From: Candidatus Scatosoma sp.
GTDB lineage: Bacteria > Bacillota > Clostridia > Christensenellales > Borkfalkiaceae
Assembly (NCBI GenBank): GCA_045576335.1
Contig: JAZNGH010000008.1
Location: 26,142 to 90,141 of the forward strand
DNA length: 64,000 bases
Direction of reading: 5' to 3'
In this document: piece by piece, positions 1-9,503 of the stretch
How positions within the stretch are numbered: position 1 is the first letter of the stretch
Layout of the letters: every line of letters starts with the position of its first letter
Made by a program: the position numbers and the translations under genes
Notes under the pieces: generated by a model
What the model saw: the letters and a program-made list of their open reading frames with translations, nothing else
Told to the model about the DNA's origin: nothing
Databases searched by the model: none

Positions 1-905
1 TTTCGGCAAGCGACGTCGTCGTGGCTTCTACGGGCGTAATCGGTCAGCCCTTGGATATCGCGCCGATCAAGGCGGGGATTCCCGCGCTCGTGGCGGGGCT
101 TGGAAACAATAGCCTGTACGCTTGCGAGGGGATTATGACGACGGATACGAAGGTCAAAGAGATTGCTTTCGAATTTGAAGTCGGCGGCAAGGTATGCCGT
201 ATCGGCGGCATTGCAAAGGGCAGCGGTATGATTCACCCGAATATGGCGACTATGCTCGTGTTCGTAACGACCGATTGCAAAATCTCTCCGAAAATGCTTC
301 AAAAAGCGTTGTCCAACGATATTTTGGACAGCTTTAATATGGTGAGCGTAGACGGCGACACTTCGACGAACGATATGGTCAGCGTTTTGGCGAACGGTAT
401 GGCAGAAAACGAGGAAATCGTTTGCGAGGGCGAAGCGTACGACGCCTTTTGTGCGGCGTTGTCGGCGGTGACGAGCGACCTTTGCAGAAAGATTGCAGGC
501 GACGGCGAGGGTGCGACCAAGCTTTTGGAATGTAAGGTGACGGGCGGAAAGGATACCAAGGCTGCAAAAACCGTGGCGAAATCGGTGATTTGCTCCTCGC
601 TTTTCAAGGCGGCAATGTTCGGCGCGGACGCAAACTGGGGACGCGTGCTTTGTGCAATCGGGTATTCGGGCGCGGACGTAGACGTAAATAAAGTGGACGT
701 AAGCTTCCGTTCGGCAAAGGGGGAAATCACCGTTTGTCGCGACGGCGCGGGCGTGGAGTTTTCCGAGGAAAAAGCAAAAGAAATTTTGCTGGAAAGCGAA
801 ATCGAGGTTTTAATCACCCTTGGCGACGGCGAAGCAAGCGCAACCGCTTGGGGCTGTGATTTGACGTATGATTACGTGAAAATTAACGGCGATTATAGAA
901 CTTAA
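1..905 (+). CDS. argJ: ArgJ, bifunctional ornithine acetyltransferase / N-acetylglutamate synthase (C-terminal ~295 aa; 5' end outside window)
   Basis: The frame is open to the window edge. It carries the PNMATML autoprocessing motif and the C-terminal KINGDYRT. argB, argD and argF follow. Confidence 0.9.
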   Translation, partial: SASDVVVASTGVIGQPLDIAPIKAGIPALVAGLGNNSLYACEGIMTTDTKVKEIAFEFEVGGKVCRIGGIAKGSGMIHPNMATMLVFVTTDCKISPKMLQKALSNDILDSFNMVSVDGDTSTNDMVSVLANGMAENEEIVCEGEAYDAFCAALSAVTSDLCRKIAGDGEGATKLLECKVTGGKDTKAAKTVAKSVICSSLFKAAMFGADANWGRVLCAIGYSGADVDVNKVDVSFRSAKGEITVCRDGAGVEFSEEKAKEILLESEIEVLITLGDGEASATAWGCDLTYDYVKINGDYRT

Positions 906-1082
906 AGCACGTATATACGTCGCATTTCAGCGTTGCGTTGCGGTAACCCTCGGTCATTTACGTATTAGTAAACTCCCTCGGGCTGTCCTCGCGCGCCTTG
1001 AACTGCTCGTATCTCCGTCCTTTTACTTCGCTTGGAGCGAAGCTTGACAGTAAAATTCTACAATAAAAAAGGAATATATAGT

Positions 1083-1949
1083 ATGCAATTAACCAAAGAC
1101 CAAAAAGCGGAAATTCTTATTCAAGCTCTGCCGTACATTCAAAAATACACAAATAAAATCGTCGTCGTGAAATACGGCGGCAACGCTATGATAAACGACG
1201 AGCTTAAAGAGGCGGTAATGGGCGATATCGTCCTGCTGTCCTTAATCGGTATCAAAGTCGTGCTCGTGCACGGGGGCGGACCGGAAATTACCGAAATGCT
1301 TACCAAGGTAGGCAAAAAATCGGAGTTCGTCGGCGGGCTTCGGGTTACCGATAAAGAAACGGTAGAAATGGTACAAATGGTTTTGGCGGGAAAGGTGAAT
1401 AAAAACCTCGTCAACCTTTTGGAAAGCAAGGGCGGCAAAGCCATCGGGCTTTGCGGTATCGACGGGCATATGATCAAAGCCAAGAAAGCGGACGAGCGTT
1501 TGGGCTTCGTGGGCGAGATTACCGAGGTCAACGTAAACCCCATTTTGGACGTTTTGGAAAAGGGGTATATTCCCGTCGTTTCCACCATCGGCTGTGACGA
1601 CGAGAACAACGTGTACAATATCAACGCGGACACGGTTGCGGCGCGCCTTGCGGGCGAGCTGAAAGCCGAAAGCTTGATTTCTATGACGGATATCGTCGGA
1701 CTGTTGCGCGACAAGGACGATCCGTCCACGCTCATTCCCAAGGTCTACGTTTCCGACGCACCCAAGCTTATGCGGGACGGGGTAATCAGCGGCGGTATGA
1801 TACCCAAGGTAAATTGCTGTATCGAAGCAATCCGTTGCGGCGTGCATAAGGTATTTATTATCGACGGGCGTATTCCCCATTCCATTTTGATTGAAACGCT
1901 CACCGACGAGGGTATCGGCACTATGTTCGTGTCGGGCTATCATATTTGA
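1083..1949 (+). CDS. argB: Acetylglutamate kinase
   Basis: Amino-acid kinase family (VVKYGGNAM, LVHGGGPEI, YNINADT). The ATG at 1083 follows AAGGA. The TTG at 1032 in the ORF track lies inside a hairpin and is unlikely to be the start. Confidence 0.9.
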   Translation: MQLTKDQKAEILIQALPYIQKYTNKIVVVKYGGNAMINDELKEAVMGDIVLLSLIGIKVVLVHGGGPEITEMLTKVGKKSEFVGGLRVTDKETVEMVQMVLAGKVNKNLVNLLESKGGKAIGLCGIDGHMIKAKKADERLGFVGEITEVNVNPILDVLEKGYIPVVSTIGCDDENNVYNINADTVAARLAGELKAESLISMTDIVGLLRDKDDPSTLIPKVYVSDAPKLMRDGVISGGMIPKVNCCIEAIRCGVHKVFIIDGRIPHSILIETLTDEGIGTMFVSGYHI

Positions 1950-1963
1950 AAAGAAGGCATACT

Positions 1964-3127
1964 ATGACGATTAAAGAAATAGACAAAGCATATATCGCAA
2001 ACACCTACGCGCGGTTTGATTTACAGCTTGAAAGAGGCAAAGGCTCGCTCGTTTACGACGAGAACGGCAAGGAATATATCGATCTTGGCACGGGTATTGC
2101 GGTAAACGCGTTCGGCGTAGCCGACGAGGCGTGGGTGAACGCCGTTACCGCCCAGCTTGGAAAATTGCAGCATAGCTCCAACCTTTATTACAGCGAGCCG
2201 TGTGCAAAACTTGCCCAAACGCTTTGCGTGCGGACGGGTATGAAAAAGGTGTTTTTCTCCAACTCGGGTGCGGAAGCCAACGAATGTGCAATCAAAGCCG
2301 CGAGAAAGTACGGCGAGATAAAAAAGGGCAAAGACCATTTCATGATCGTGACCTTAAAAAACAGCTTCCACGGCAGAACGATCACCACCCTTTCCGCAAC
2401 GGGGCAGGACGTGTTCCACGAGCATTTTACGCCCATGACGGACGGATTTTTGCACGCGGCGGCAAACGATTACGAGGAAATGGAAACGCTTGTCAAAACG
2501 CATAAATGCTGTGCCGTTATGTTGGAGCTCGTGCAGGGCGAGGGCGGTGTGACCGCACTTGACAAGGAATACGTGAAAGCCGTAGCCGCGCTTGCTAAAA
2601 GGGAAGATTTGCTGCTCGTCGTGGACGAGGTGCAAACGGGCAACGGGCGCACGGGTACGCTGTACGCGTTTGAGCAGTACGGCATTACGCCCGACGTCGT
2701 AACTACGGCAAAGGGCTTGGGCGGCGGCTTGCCTATCGGCGCGACAATGCTCGGCGAAAAAGCTGAGGGACTATTTACGCCAGGCTTGAACGGCTCTACG
2801 TTCGGGGGAAATCCCGTATGTGCCGCGGGCGCGTTGAGCGTTTTGCAACGCATTGATGATACGCTCTTGCAAGAGGTACAAGATAAGAGCGCGTATATCT
2901 TTGAAAGCCTGAAAAACGCCAAGGGCGTAAAAAGCGTTACGGGGCTGGGGCTGATGATCGGCGTGGAATGTGAAAAGGATGCGAGTGCGGTCATTGCGGG
3001 CTGTATGGCGCGCGGCGTGTTGGTCATCAAAGCCAAAAATAAGGTGCGGCTTTTGCCCGCGCTCAATATCCCGTTTGAACTGTTGAAAAAAGCAATCACG
3101 ATTTTGAAAGAGGAGATAGAAAGATGA
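1964..3127 (+). CDS. argD: Acetylornithine aminotransferase (class III PLP aminotransferase)
   Basis: Motifs SGAEANE, DEVQTG and TTAKGLGGG. Sits in the arg cluster and overlaps the argF start. Confidence 0.88.
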   Translation: MTIKEIDKAYIANTYARFDLQLERGKGSLVYDENGKEYIDLGTGIAVNAFGVADEAWVNAVTAQLGKLQHSSNLYYSEPCAKLAQTLCVRTGMKKVFFSNSGAEANECAIKAARKYGEIKKGKDHFMIVTLKNSFHGRTITTLSATGQDVFHEHFTPMTDGFLHAAANDYEEMETLVKTHKCCAVMLELVQGEGGVTALDKEYVKAVAALAKREDLLLVVDEVQTGNGRTGTLYAFEQYGITPDVVTTAKGLGGGLPIGATMLGEKAEGLFTPGLNGSTFGGNPVCAAGALSVLQRIDDTLLQEVQDKSAYIFESLKNAKGVKSVTGLGLMIGVECEKDASAVIAGCMARGVLVIKAKNKVRLLPALNIPFELLKKAITILKEEIER

Positions 3128-4029
3128 AACATTTATTAAAGCTTATGGACTTATCGAAAAAGGAAATCAACGAAATATTGAACCTTGCCGATCAGTTGAA
3201 ATTTGAGAAAAAGAACGGTATGGAGCATCACCTGCTTAAAGGTAAGACCTTGGGTATGATTTTCTCCAAGGCTTCCACGCGTACCCGCGTTTCCTTCGAG
3301 GTGGGTATGTACGATTTGGGCGGCAGCGCGTTATTTTTGAGCGCGCGCGATTTGCAAATCGGCCGCGGCGAGCCTGTGCAGGATACGGCGCGCGTGCTTT
3401 CGCGATTCTTGGACGGCATTATGATTCGTACATTCGAGCAAAGTGAGGTGGAGGACCTTGCCAAGTACGGCTCTATTCCCATTATCAACGGCTTGACCGA
3501 CTATTGCCACCCCTGCCAAGTGCTTGCCGATCTTATGACGATTCGCGAATACAAGGGCGGCTTTGCGGGCAACAAGCTTTGCTACATCGGCGACGGCAAC
3601 AATATGACCAACTCGTTAATCGTCGGCGGTATCAAAATGGGTATGGAGGTTTCCGTGGCTTGTCCCAAGGGCTACGAGCCCGATAAAGAGCTTATGGCGT
3701 GGGCGAGCAAAAACGGCAAATTCACCTGCACGGACGACGTTTTGGAGGCTGCAAAGGGCGCGGACGTTCTGTACACCGACGTTTGGGCTTCTATGGGTCA
3801 AGAGAGCGAAGCAGAAGAACGCAAAAAGATATTCAAGGGCTATCAAATCAACGCCGAGGTAATGGCAGTTGCCAACGAAAACGCAATGGTGCTCCATTGC
3901 TTGCCCGCGCACCGTGAGGAAGAAATCACGGCAGAGGTGTTCGAGGCGCACGCGAAAGAGATTTTCGACGAGGCGGAAAACAGATTGCACGCGCAAAAAG
4001 CAGTGCTCGTGAAATGTATGGGGGAATAA
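3124..4029 (+). CDS. argF: Ornithine carbamoyltransferase
   Basis: Motifs STRTR, HPCQ and HCLPAHR, in the arg cluster. Confidence 0.9.
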   Translation: MKHLLKLMDLSKKEINEILNLADQLKFEKKNGMEHHLLKGKTLGMIFSKASTRTRVSFEVGMYDLGGSALFLSARDLQIGRGEPVQDTARVLSRFLDGIMIRTFEQSEVEDLAKYGSIPIINGLTDYCHPCQVLADLMTIREYKGGFAGNKLCYIGDGNNMTNSLIVGGIKMGMEVSVACPKGYEPDKELMAWASKNGKFTCTDDVLEAAKGADVLYTDVWASMGQESEAEERKKIFKGYQINAEVMAVANENAMVLHCLPAHREEEITAEVFEAHAKEIFDEAENRLHAQKAVLVKCMGE

Positions 4030-4030
4030 A

Positions 4031-4879
4031 ATGAAATATACGCTTAAAAACGAATATATTTGCGTCACGGTGGATAGCTTTGGCGCGGAAATTATCAGCG
4101 TTATCAAGGACGGCAAAGAACGCGTTTGGCAAAACGAAACGGGCGAATGGGCAGGGCACGGACCTATGCTTTTCCCCGTTTGCGGACATTGCGGCGTGAC
4201 GGTAAAGGGGAAATCCTATCCGCTCCCCGCGCACGGCTTTTCCAGAAAATGCGATTTCGAGATTGAAAAGAGCGACGAAAAGAGCGTAACGCTCACCCTC
4301 AAAGCCAACGCGGAAACGAAAAAGCAGTATCCCTTTGATTTTGTTTTCCGCGTGATTTATAAGATAGAAAAGTCGGTGCTGTCCGTGATTTACGAGGTGG
4401 AAAATCCCGCATCCGAGCCGTTATACTTTGCTTGCGGCGGGCACGAGTCGTACGCACTTGACGGCAACGTGGACGGCTACGAAATCGTGTTTGAACGGCA
4501 AGAAAAACTCGTGCATTGCGCGCATAACGACAACGGTTATCTCACGGGCGAGCTGCTGGATTTCGGCACGGTGAAAACCTATCCTCTGCCCGTTGATTTC
4601 TTACAAAACGGTGCGACGCTTATCTTTAAGGGCGTTGCTTCGCGCAAGGTTCGCTTGCAGGAAAGGGGCGGTAAGCCGCTTTGCGATATCACCTTCGAGG
4701 GCTTTGAAAATCTGCTTTTCTGGCGTGCAATGAACGCGCACTATATCTGTATCGAGCCTTGGACGAATTTGCCTGATATTGCGGATAAACCCGACGTGGA
4801 ATTTTCTCAAAAAGCGGGCGTTATCGAGGTCGCGCCCAAAGATAAGAAAACGCTCGTGCGTACGATTGAATACTTATAA
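4031..4879 (+). CDS. Aldose 1-epimerase (galactose mutarotase-like) family protein
   Basis: Family-like pattern (WAGHGPMLFPVCG, GGHESY, CIEPW), 282 aa. Starts 2 nt after the argF stop. Confidence 0.65.
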   Translation: MKYTLKNEYICVTVDSFGAEIISVIKDGKERVWQNETGEWAGHGPMLFPVCGHCGVTVKGKSYPLPAHGFSRKCDFEIEKSDEKSVTLTLKANAETKKQYPFDFVFRVIYKIEKSVLSVIYEVENPASEPLYFACGGHESYALDGNVDGYEIVFERQEKLVHCAHNDNGYLTGELLDFGTVKTYPLPVDFLQNGATLIFKGVASRKVRLQERGGKPLCDITFEGFENLLFWRAMNAHYICIEPWTNLPDIADKPDVEFSQKAGVIEVAPKDKKTLVRTIEYL

Positions 4880-5091
4880 TGATTAAGTTGGGTAAATACC
4901 GCCATTTTAAGGGCAAGGAATACGAGGTAATCGGCGTTGCTAAGCACTCGGAGACGTTGGAGGAATACGTCGTTTATAGGACGTTGTACGGTGACGGCAC
5001 GCTTTGGGTGCGCCCCGCGGATATGTGGTCGGAAAAAATCGAGCGGGACGGGAAAACCGTACCGAGATTTGCTTATATCACAAAGGAATAA
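4879..5091 (+). CDS. DUF1653 domain protein
   Basis: GKYRHFKGKEYEVIGVAKHSETLEEYVVYRTLYGDGTLWVRP matches the DUF1653 pattern as I remember it. Confidence 0.7.
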   Translation: MIKLGKYRHFKGKEYEVIGVAKHSETLEEYVVYRTLYGDGTLWVRPADMWSEKIERDGKTVPRFAYITKE

Positions 5092-5179
5092 ATCGAACCT
5101 GATTTTGAACGCTGAATTTTGCATTATACAGCGTTGGAAAGATAAATATTTATTAGGCATTGAATGAGGAGAATAAACA

Positions 5180-5635
5180 ATGAGAAAAGCAACGAAAGCG
5201 GTTTTAAGTTTTGTTTTTGCGCTTTGTACGGTGGGCTTGGCTGTGGCTTGCGAGTCCGCTCCCGACGATATATACGAAGCCAAGCAATGTCTTGATTTGT
5301 ACGGCTATGAATTTAATGATTTTTACTTTTCTATTGATAGCGACGTGGAAAGCGAGTTTATCGGCAGTTATGAAACGTTAGGGGGCAACAGGTATTACAC
5401 GAGTGACGAATTTTACGCCTATTTGTTCACAGAAACGTCGGACGCCCGTATTTTTTATCAGGACTTGAAAAAAGATATGGAAAGACAAAACGGGGAATTT
5501 GGGTATCTCGGTGATTTTTGGGGCTTTGACGTTGAGAAAAAAGGCAAATGGGTGGTTGTCGGTACGAGCAACGCGCTCGACGAGTTTTTCTCGTCCGAAT
5601 CCTCCTGTGATTTGGGTAGTTTAGGTTGCTTATAA
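5180..5635 (+). CDS. Putative lipoprotein, unknown function (paralog 1)
   Basis: Signal peptide with lipobox LAVAC and a GGAG RBS. Paralogous to the next ORF. Confidence 0.6.
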   Translation: MRKATKAVLSFVFALCTVGLAVACESAPDDIYEAKQCLDLYGYEFNDFYFSIDSDVESEFIGSYETLGGNRYYTSDEFYAYLFTETSDARIFYQDLKKDMERQNGEFGYLGDFWGFDVEKKGKWVVVGTSNALDEFFSSESSCDLGSLGCL

Positions 5636-5649
5636 GGGAGGGAATAACG

Positions 5650-6051
5650 TTGAAAAAGCTTTTAAGTTTATTATGTTTATTTTGCGTTTTGATAACGTGC
5701 GTAGCGTGCGCGAATGCGCCCAGTAATTTCTTCGTTGGAGAAAGCAGGTTATATAGCTTTGGATATGCCGTTGACAGAGATAGCGGTAGTCTTATCAGCG
5801 AGTCCATTGAAGATAAGCTTATCGGTGATTATCTGGGCTTGATCGCCCGCCGAGATGATACGGATGATACCATTTACGCTATTTATTTTACTGAAATAGA
5901 GGACGCGAGAACGTGCTATGAGGAAATGAAGGATATGGACGCTTACAAGGTTTTGTTTTCGGACTTAAAGCTCAAAAAGAAAGGGCATTGGGTTATGATA
6001 GGAACGGACGATGCGATTGATGATTTATTGACAAGCGAGTCTTGTGCTTAA
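5650..6051 (+). CDS. Putative secreted protein or lipoprotein, unknown function (paralog 2)
   Basis: TTG at 5650 lies 7 nt after GGAGGG. Has a hydrophobic, Cys-containing N-terminus. Shares blocks with the 5180 ORF (YA.YFTE..DAR..Y, KKG.WV..GT..A.D....SES). Confidence 0.55.
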   Translation: MKKLLSLLCLFCVLITCVACANAPSNFFVGESRLYSFGYAVDRDSGSLISESIEDKLIGDYLGLIARRDDTDDTIYAIYFTEIEDARTCYEEMKDMDAYKVLFSDLKLKKKGHWVMIGTDDAIDDLLTSESCA

Positions 6052-6107
6052 AATAAAAATTCCCGCGGTTGCATTTTTGCAGCCGCGGGATTGATTTTTT
6101 TATCAAA

Positions 6108-7262
6108 TTATAAGAGAATTAAAAATTCAACAAGCGTTAAAATAATAAGAAAACCAAAATTAAAGAGCGAGAATTGCAGGAGATATTTTCCCGCTTGTCC
6201 TTCCGTTTTCGAGGTGTATTCCCGAAACGTAATCAGGCTTGCCAAAGAGGAAATAAGCGTCCCTACGCCGCCGATATTTACCCCGACGAGGAGCGCGGTC
6301 CACTCGCTCGTAAATTGTGAAAGCAGGATTGCCGACGGTACGTTGCTAATCACTTGGCAAGAGAGTACGGCAACGAGCAAAGGCTGGCTTTGCATTAACG
6401 AGCTGAACGTACTTTGTACGAGGGGTATTCTCGCCATATTTCCCGCGAAAATAAAGAACGCAACGAAGGTAAAAAGCAGACCGTAATCCACCTTTTTAAG
6501 TGCGTCGCGGTCTAAAAATAAGAGCGCGAGGACGATTACGAGCAAACCGATTAGATAAGGGATTACGCGGAATACGATTACGATAGAAAGCGCAAAGAGA
6601 AGTAAATAAACGATTGTACGCCATTTCGGGAGCGTGATTTTTTCGTCGGCAATCTCCATCGGCTCTTTTTTGATGAACAGACAACACAAGGTGATGAGTG
6701 CGACGGAAATACAAAACGGAGGGAGCATAGTCAAGACGAACGCACCCGTCGGTATGGAAAATTTGGTGTATAAGTATAAATTTTGCGGGTTGCCAAACGG
6801 GGTGAGCATACCGCCGAGGTTGGCGGCGATATTCTGCATAATAAAGGTGAACGCCATATATTTTTGTTTTTTGCACGAGGAAAGCACGAAATATCCGAGC
6901 GGCAAAAAGGTCAAAAGCGCCATATCGTTGGCAATCAGCATAGAACCGAGAAAGGTAATATACACGAGCGCAAGTATGCTTGCGCGGGTGGTTTTGAAAA
7001 GCTGTACGATTTTTCTTGCAAGCGCGGTAAAGAAGCGAATATTACGAAGCGCGCATACGACGGCTAACACACAAAAAAGGCAAGTCAGCGTTTTGAAATC
7101 GAAATAGTCAAGATACTGTGCGTCGGGTGGAACGATAAAGCAGGTGGCGATTGCCGCCGCGCTTGCAATGCACAAAACGGCGTTCTTTTTAAGGACGCCG
7201 AATGGTTTTTGCATATCTATATGATGACGGTGAAAACCGTGTTTTTTTACTGCTCCGTTCAT
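6108..7262 (-). CDS. ArsB/NhaD-superfamily (YbiR-like) anion permease
   Basis: Polytopic membrane protein with GNPQNLYLY and internal repeat architecture. The start is uncertain (7262 or 7214). Confidence 0.65.
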   Translation of the reverse strand: MNGAVKKHGFHRHHIDMQKPFGVLKKNAVLCIASAAAIATCFIVPPDAQYLDYFDFKTLTCLFCVLAVVCALRNIRFFTALARKIVQLFKTTRASILALVYITFLGSMLIANDMALLTFLPLGYFVLSSCKKQKYMAFTFIMQNIAANLGGMLTPFGNPQNLYLYTKFSIPTGAFVLTMLPPFCISVALITLCCLFIKKEPMEIADEKITLPKWRTIVYLLLFALSIVIVFRVIPYLIGLLVIVLALLFLDRDALKKVDYGLLFTFVAFFIFAGNMARIPLVQSTFSSLMQSQPLLVAVLSCQVISNVPSAILLSQFTSEWTALLVGVNIGGVGTLISSLASLITFREYTSKTEGQAGKYLLQFSLFNFGFLIILTLVEFLILL

Positions 7263-7334
7263 ACCTTGGCTATTATAGCACGATTAACGGAAAAAATCTA
7301 TTCTTTTTTATTAGAAAATAAAAAATATTTACAT

Positions 7335-7959
7335 TTATTTATTAAGCTTATTTTTCGGGCAGACCTTGATGCAAATGCCGCATACGCTGCCTCTGCCGAT
7401 ATCTTGAAAATGCTCTTTCATATATTTGGAGCATTTTTCGGGGTCGATATTGCGCTCGTGGTTGCCGTTTGGTATTTCCCCGAAAATCGCGCCCGCGGGA
7501 CACGCTTTGCAAGGGCAGGTCGGTCAAAACGGTTGCAAGGCGGACTTGGCTGCCGTATTCGGTGGATAGGAATAAGCCGCTTTTCCCGACGAAGCCCAAG
7601 CCCGAAAGCACAGCCGCCGTTTTATGCGGCACAACGCCGCGATAGGGGTTGTTTTTGCCTTGGCTTTGGCTCGCCGCAATCGGGAATGCGGAAAAGCCCA
7701 AACTCTCGATTTTTCGCGCTAAGCGGAAGGAAATGGTATCCAGCAACGCGTTTGCCACGCGGTAGTGCTGAAAATAAGCAAAGGAGGGGGCGTTTTCGAT
7801 TGTTTTTAAGATTGCGTCCGAGAGCTTCACGCCAATCGAAACGGCGTGCAAAAGCGTGGGGGCAAGCGGCATGGGCGGGGTGTCAAACGCGCAAAAGCCG
7901 ACGATATCCGCGCCAAGCTCGCGCGCAAAGGCTGTTAATTCTTTTTGAATATTTTGCAT
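7335..7959 (-). pseudogene. QueG-like (COG1600) 4Fe-4S protein, reading frame interrupted near 7505-7523
   Basis: The N-terminal ~145 aa (..HKTAAVLSGLGFVGKSGLFLSTEYGSQVRLATVLTDLP) are in one frame. The Cys-rich tail PTCPCKACPAGAIFGE..CGICIKVCPKNKLNK* is open in another frame (7523 down to the stop at 7335). Confidence 0.6.
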
Positions 7960-8003
7960 AATAAATATTGAGCCGACGAAATCTTCGTCGGCTCGTATCC
8001 TTG

Positions 8004-9011
8004 TTATTTGTCGTATTTATAAGCGTACACGTTTAAGCCCGTCGTAAACTTACCGAAGATATATTTGTTGCAAGCCGATTCGTTCATAACGTAGATTTTA
8101 TTATCCAAAAACACGAGTTCTTCGGACATAGGGGGCGCGGTGATGGTATCCACTAAACACGCGCTGTCCAAATAGAAACGCTGAATACCGTTGAACGCAA
8201 ATTCCTTGTCGTTTGAAGTCGTGCCTACGAAATCATAGCGTTCGCCGACCAGCTCGCTGGGGTCGTAGACGAACAGCTGTGAAGCGGAAAGCCCGTACGA
8301 GGTGGAAAGCACGATTTTACCCTCGTCGGTAAAGCACATACCCTGTACGCATCTTCTCGTGGAGAGAACGGCTCTCGGCGTAGGGTCAATGCAAAAATCC
8401 TTGCTGTCGTTCAGCTTAAAAACTGTGATAATCGAAGTATTCTCGTCGCCCGCGGGCGTAGTTACGCGCTCGTGTGCGGGCGTTTCGTAATCGTTTTCGA
8501 TAAAGAACGAGCCTGCAAAGACGTAACCGTTATAGATATAGCAATGCGCGGGGTCGTTATAGGTAAGCACTGTGCCAAGGCGTTTGGTTTCGCTAACGTC
8601 CTTGCTAACGATATCCGCATACGAGAACACGTCCAAACCATTTGCGCCTGTAATATACGCGTAGTCGCCGTAATGGATAATGCCGCCCGTGTGTCCTGTG
8701 TAATCGCTTCCGTCCTGCTTTTTCAGTTGGGTATAGTAAGCGTTGCCGTTCGGTTCGATTACGTATACGCGAGAAGCGGTTTTGTCGGACATATAGCCCG
8801 TGGTGAGGAAAATTTCCTTTTCTTCGTCATAGTCGTAGCCTTGCGGCACGTAGTTTTCAAGCACACCGGGCATAGCGTACGCCACTTCGGCGTTGGAATA
8901 GAAGGACGCGAAAGCAATCCCGTCAACAGCTCTTACGAGCAAGAGTAACGCGACGATAACCGCCACGACGATAATTACCACTTTTAATGCGATTTTCCCT
9001 GCTTTTTGCAT
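8004..9011 (-). CDS. Membrane-anchored hypothetical protein
   Basis: ATG at 9011 lies 5 nt after GGAGG. Single N-terminal TM helix, then a ~300-aa domain I do not recognise. Confidence 0.5.
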   Translation of the reverse strand: MQKAGKIALKVVIIVVAVIVALLLLVRAVDGIAFASFYSNAEVAYAMPGVLENYVPQGYDYDEEKEIFLTTGYMSDKTASRVYVIEPNGNAYYTQLKKQDGSDYTGHTGGIIHYGDYAYITGANGLDVFSYADIVSKDVSETKRLGTVLTYNDPAHCYIYNGYVFAGSFFIENDYETPAHERVTTPAGDENTSIITVFKLNDSKDFCIDPTPRAVLSTRRCVQGMCFTDEGKIVLSTSYGLSASQLFVYDPSELVGERYDFVGTTSNDKEFAFNGIQRFYLDSACLVDTITAPPMSEELVFLDNKIYVMNESACNKYIFGKFTTGLNVYAYKYDK

Positions 9012-9085
9012 AAGCACCTCCAAACGTATACTATCATTTTAACACCTTTTTCTTTGATTGTCAAGTTAATTTAACGGTCTGTACG

Positions 9086-9322
9086 TTACCAATCGTAGGC
9101 GGTCGCTACGTATCTGTTTTGCGGATTTATCGAAGCTTCTTTGCATTTTTGCGGACAATATTTTTGCATAAGAGCGAGCAATTCCTCGCCCGTAAGCGTA
9201 GCTCTGTAAGTAATAGCGTCGATTGCCTTGCCAATTTCCATTATCGCGCAAATAAGGGAAACGTCGCTGCCTAAATTTAATTTTACGTCGTCGTCCAAAC
9301 CTTCAACGGATGTAAATCTCAT
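9086..9322 (-). CDS. Hypothetical 78-aa protein
   Basis: Strong AAGGAG RBS upstream of the ATG. No motif recognised. Confidence 0.45.
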   Translation of the reverse strand: MRFTSVEGLDDDVKLNLGSDVSLICAIMEIGKAIDAITYRATLTGEELLALMQKYCPQKCKEASINPQNRYVATAYDW

Positions 9323-9428
9323 AATATTCTCCTTGTAGTTATTATAACATAAAATTGATTATAACGCAATGTTTTTCGTCAAAAACGCAAAGTTTCATCA
9401 TTTTCTTACGATAATTGAGAGCCGTCTA

Positions 9429-9457
9429 TTGATTTTTTCGAAAATTTATGCTATACT
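9429..9457 (+). promoter_or_regulatory. Sigma-70-type promoter (TTGATT-17-TATACT) for the putative nuclease/methylase pair
   Basis: Hexamers and spacing read directly from the sequence. Confidence 0.5.
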
Positions 9458-9503
9458 GTATAAGATAAAGCTTGATTTGAGCAGCGAAAAGGATAGAGGG
9501 CGA

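Noticed and set aside
5088-5135. A sequence right after the DUF1653 stop codon (ATAAATCGAACCTGATTTTGAACGCTGAATTTTGC...) that resembles the inner TIR plus the first ~25 nt of the MITE interior (ATAATCCGAACTCGATTTTGAGTGGCGAATTTTGTC...).
   Set aside because: Identity is only about 26 of the first 34 aligned positions in AT-rich DNA. The outer TIR is missing and there is no second end. It may be a decayed fragment or a chance match. A statistical alignment against all copies is needed before it can be claimed.
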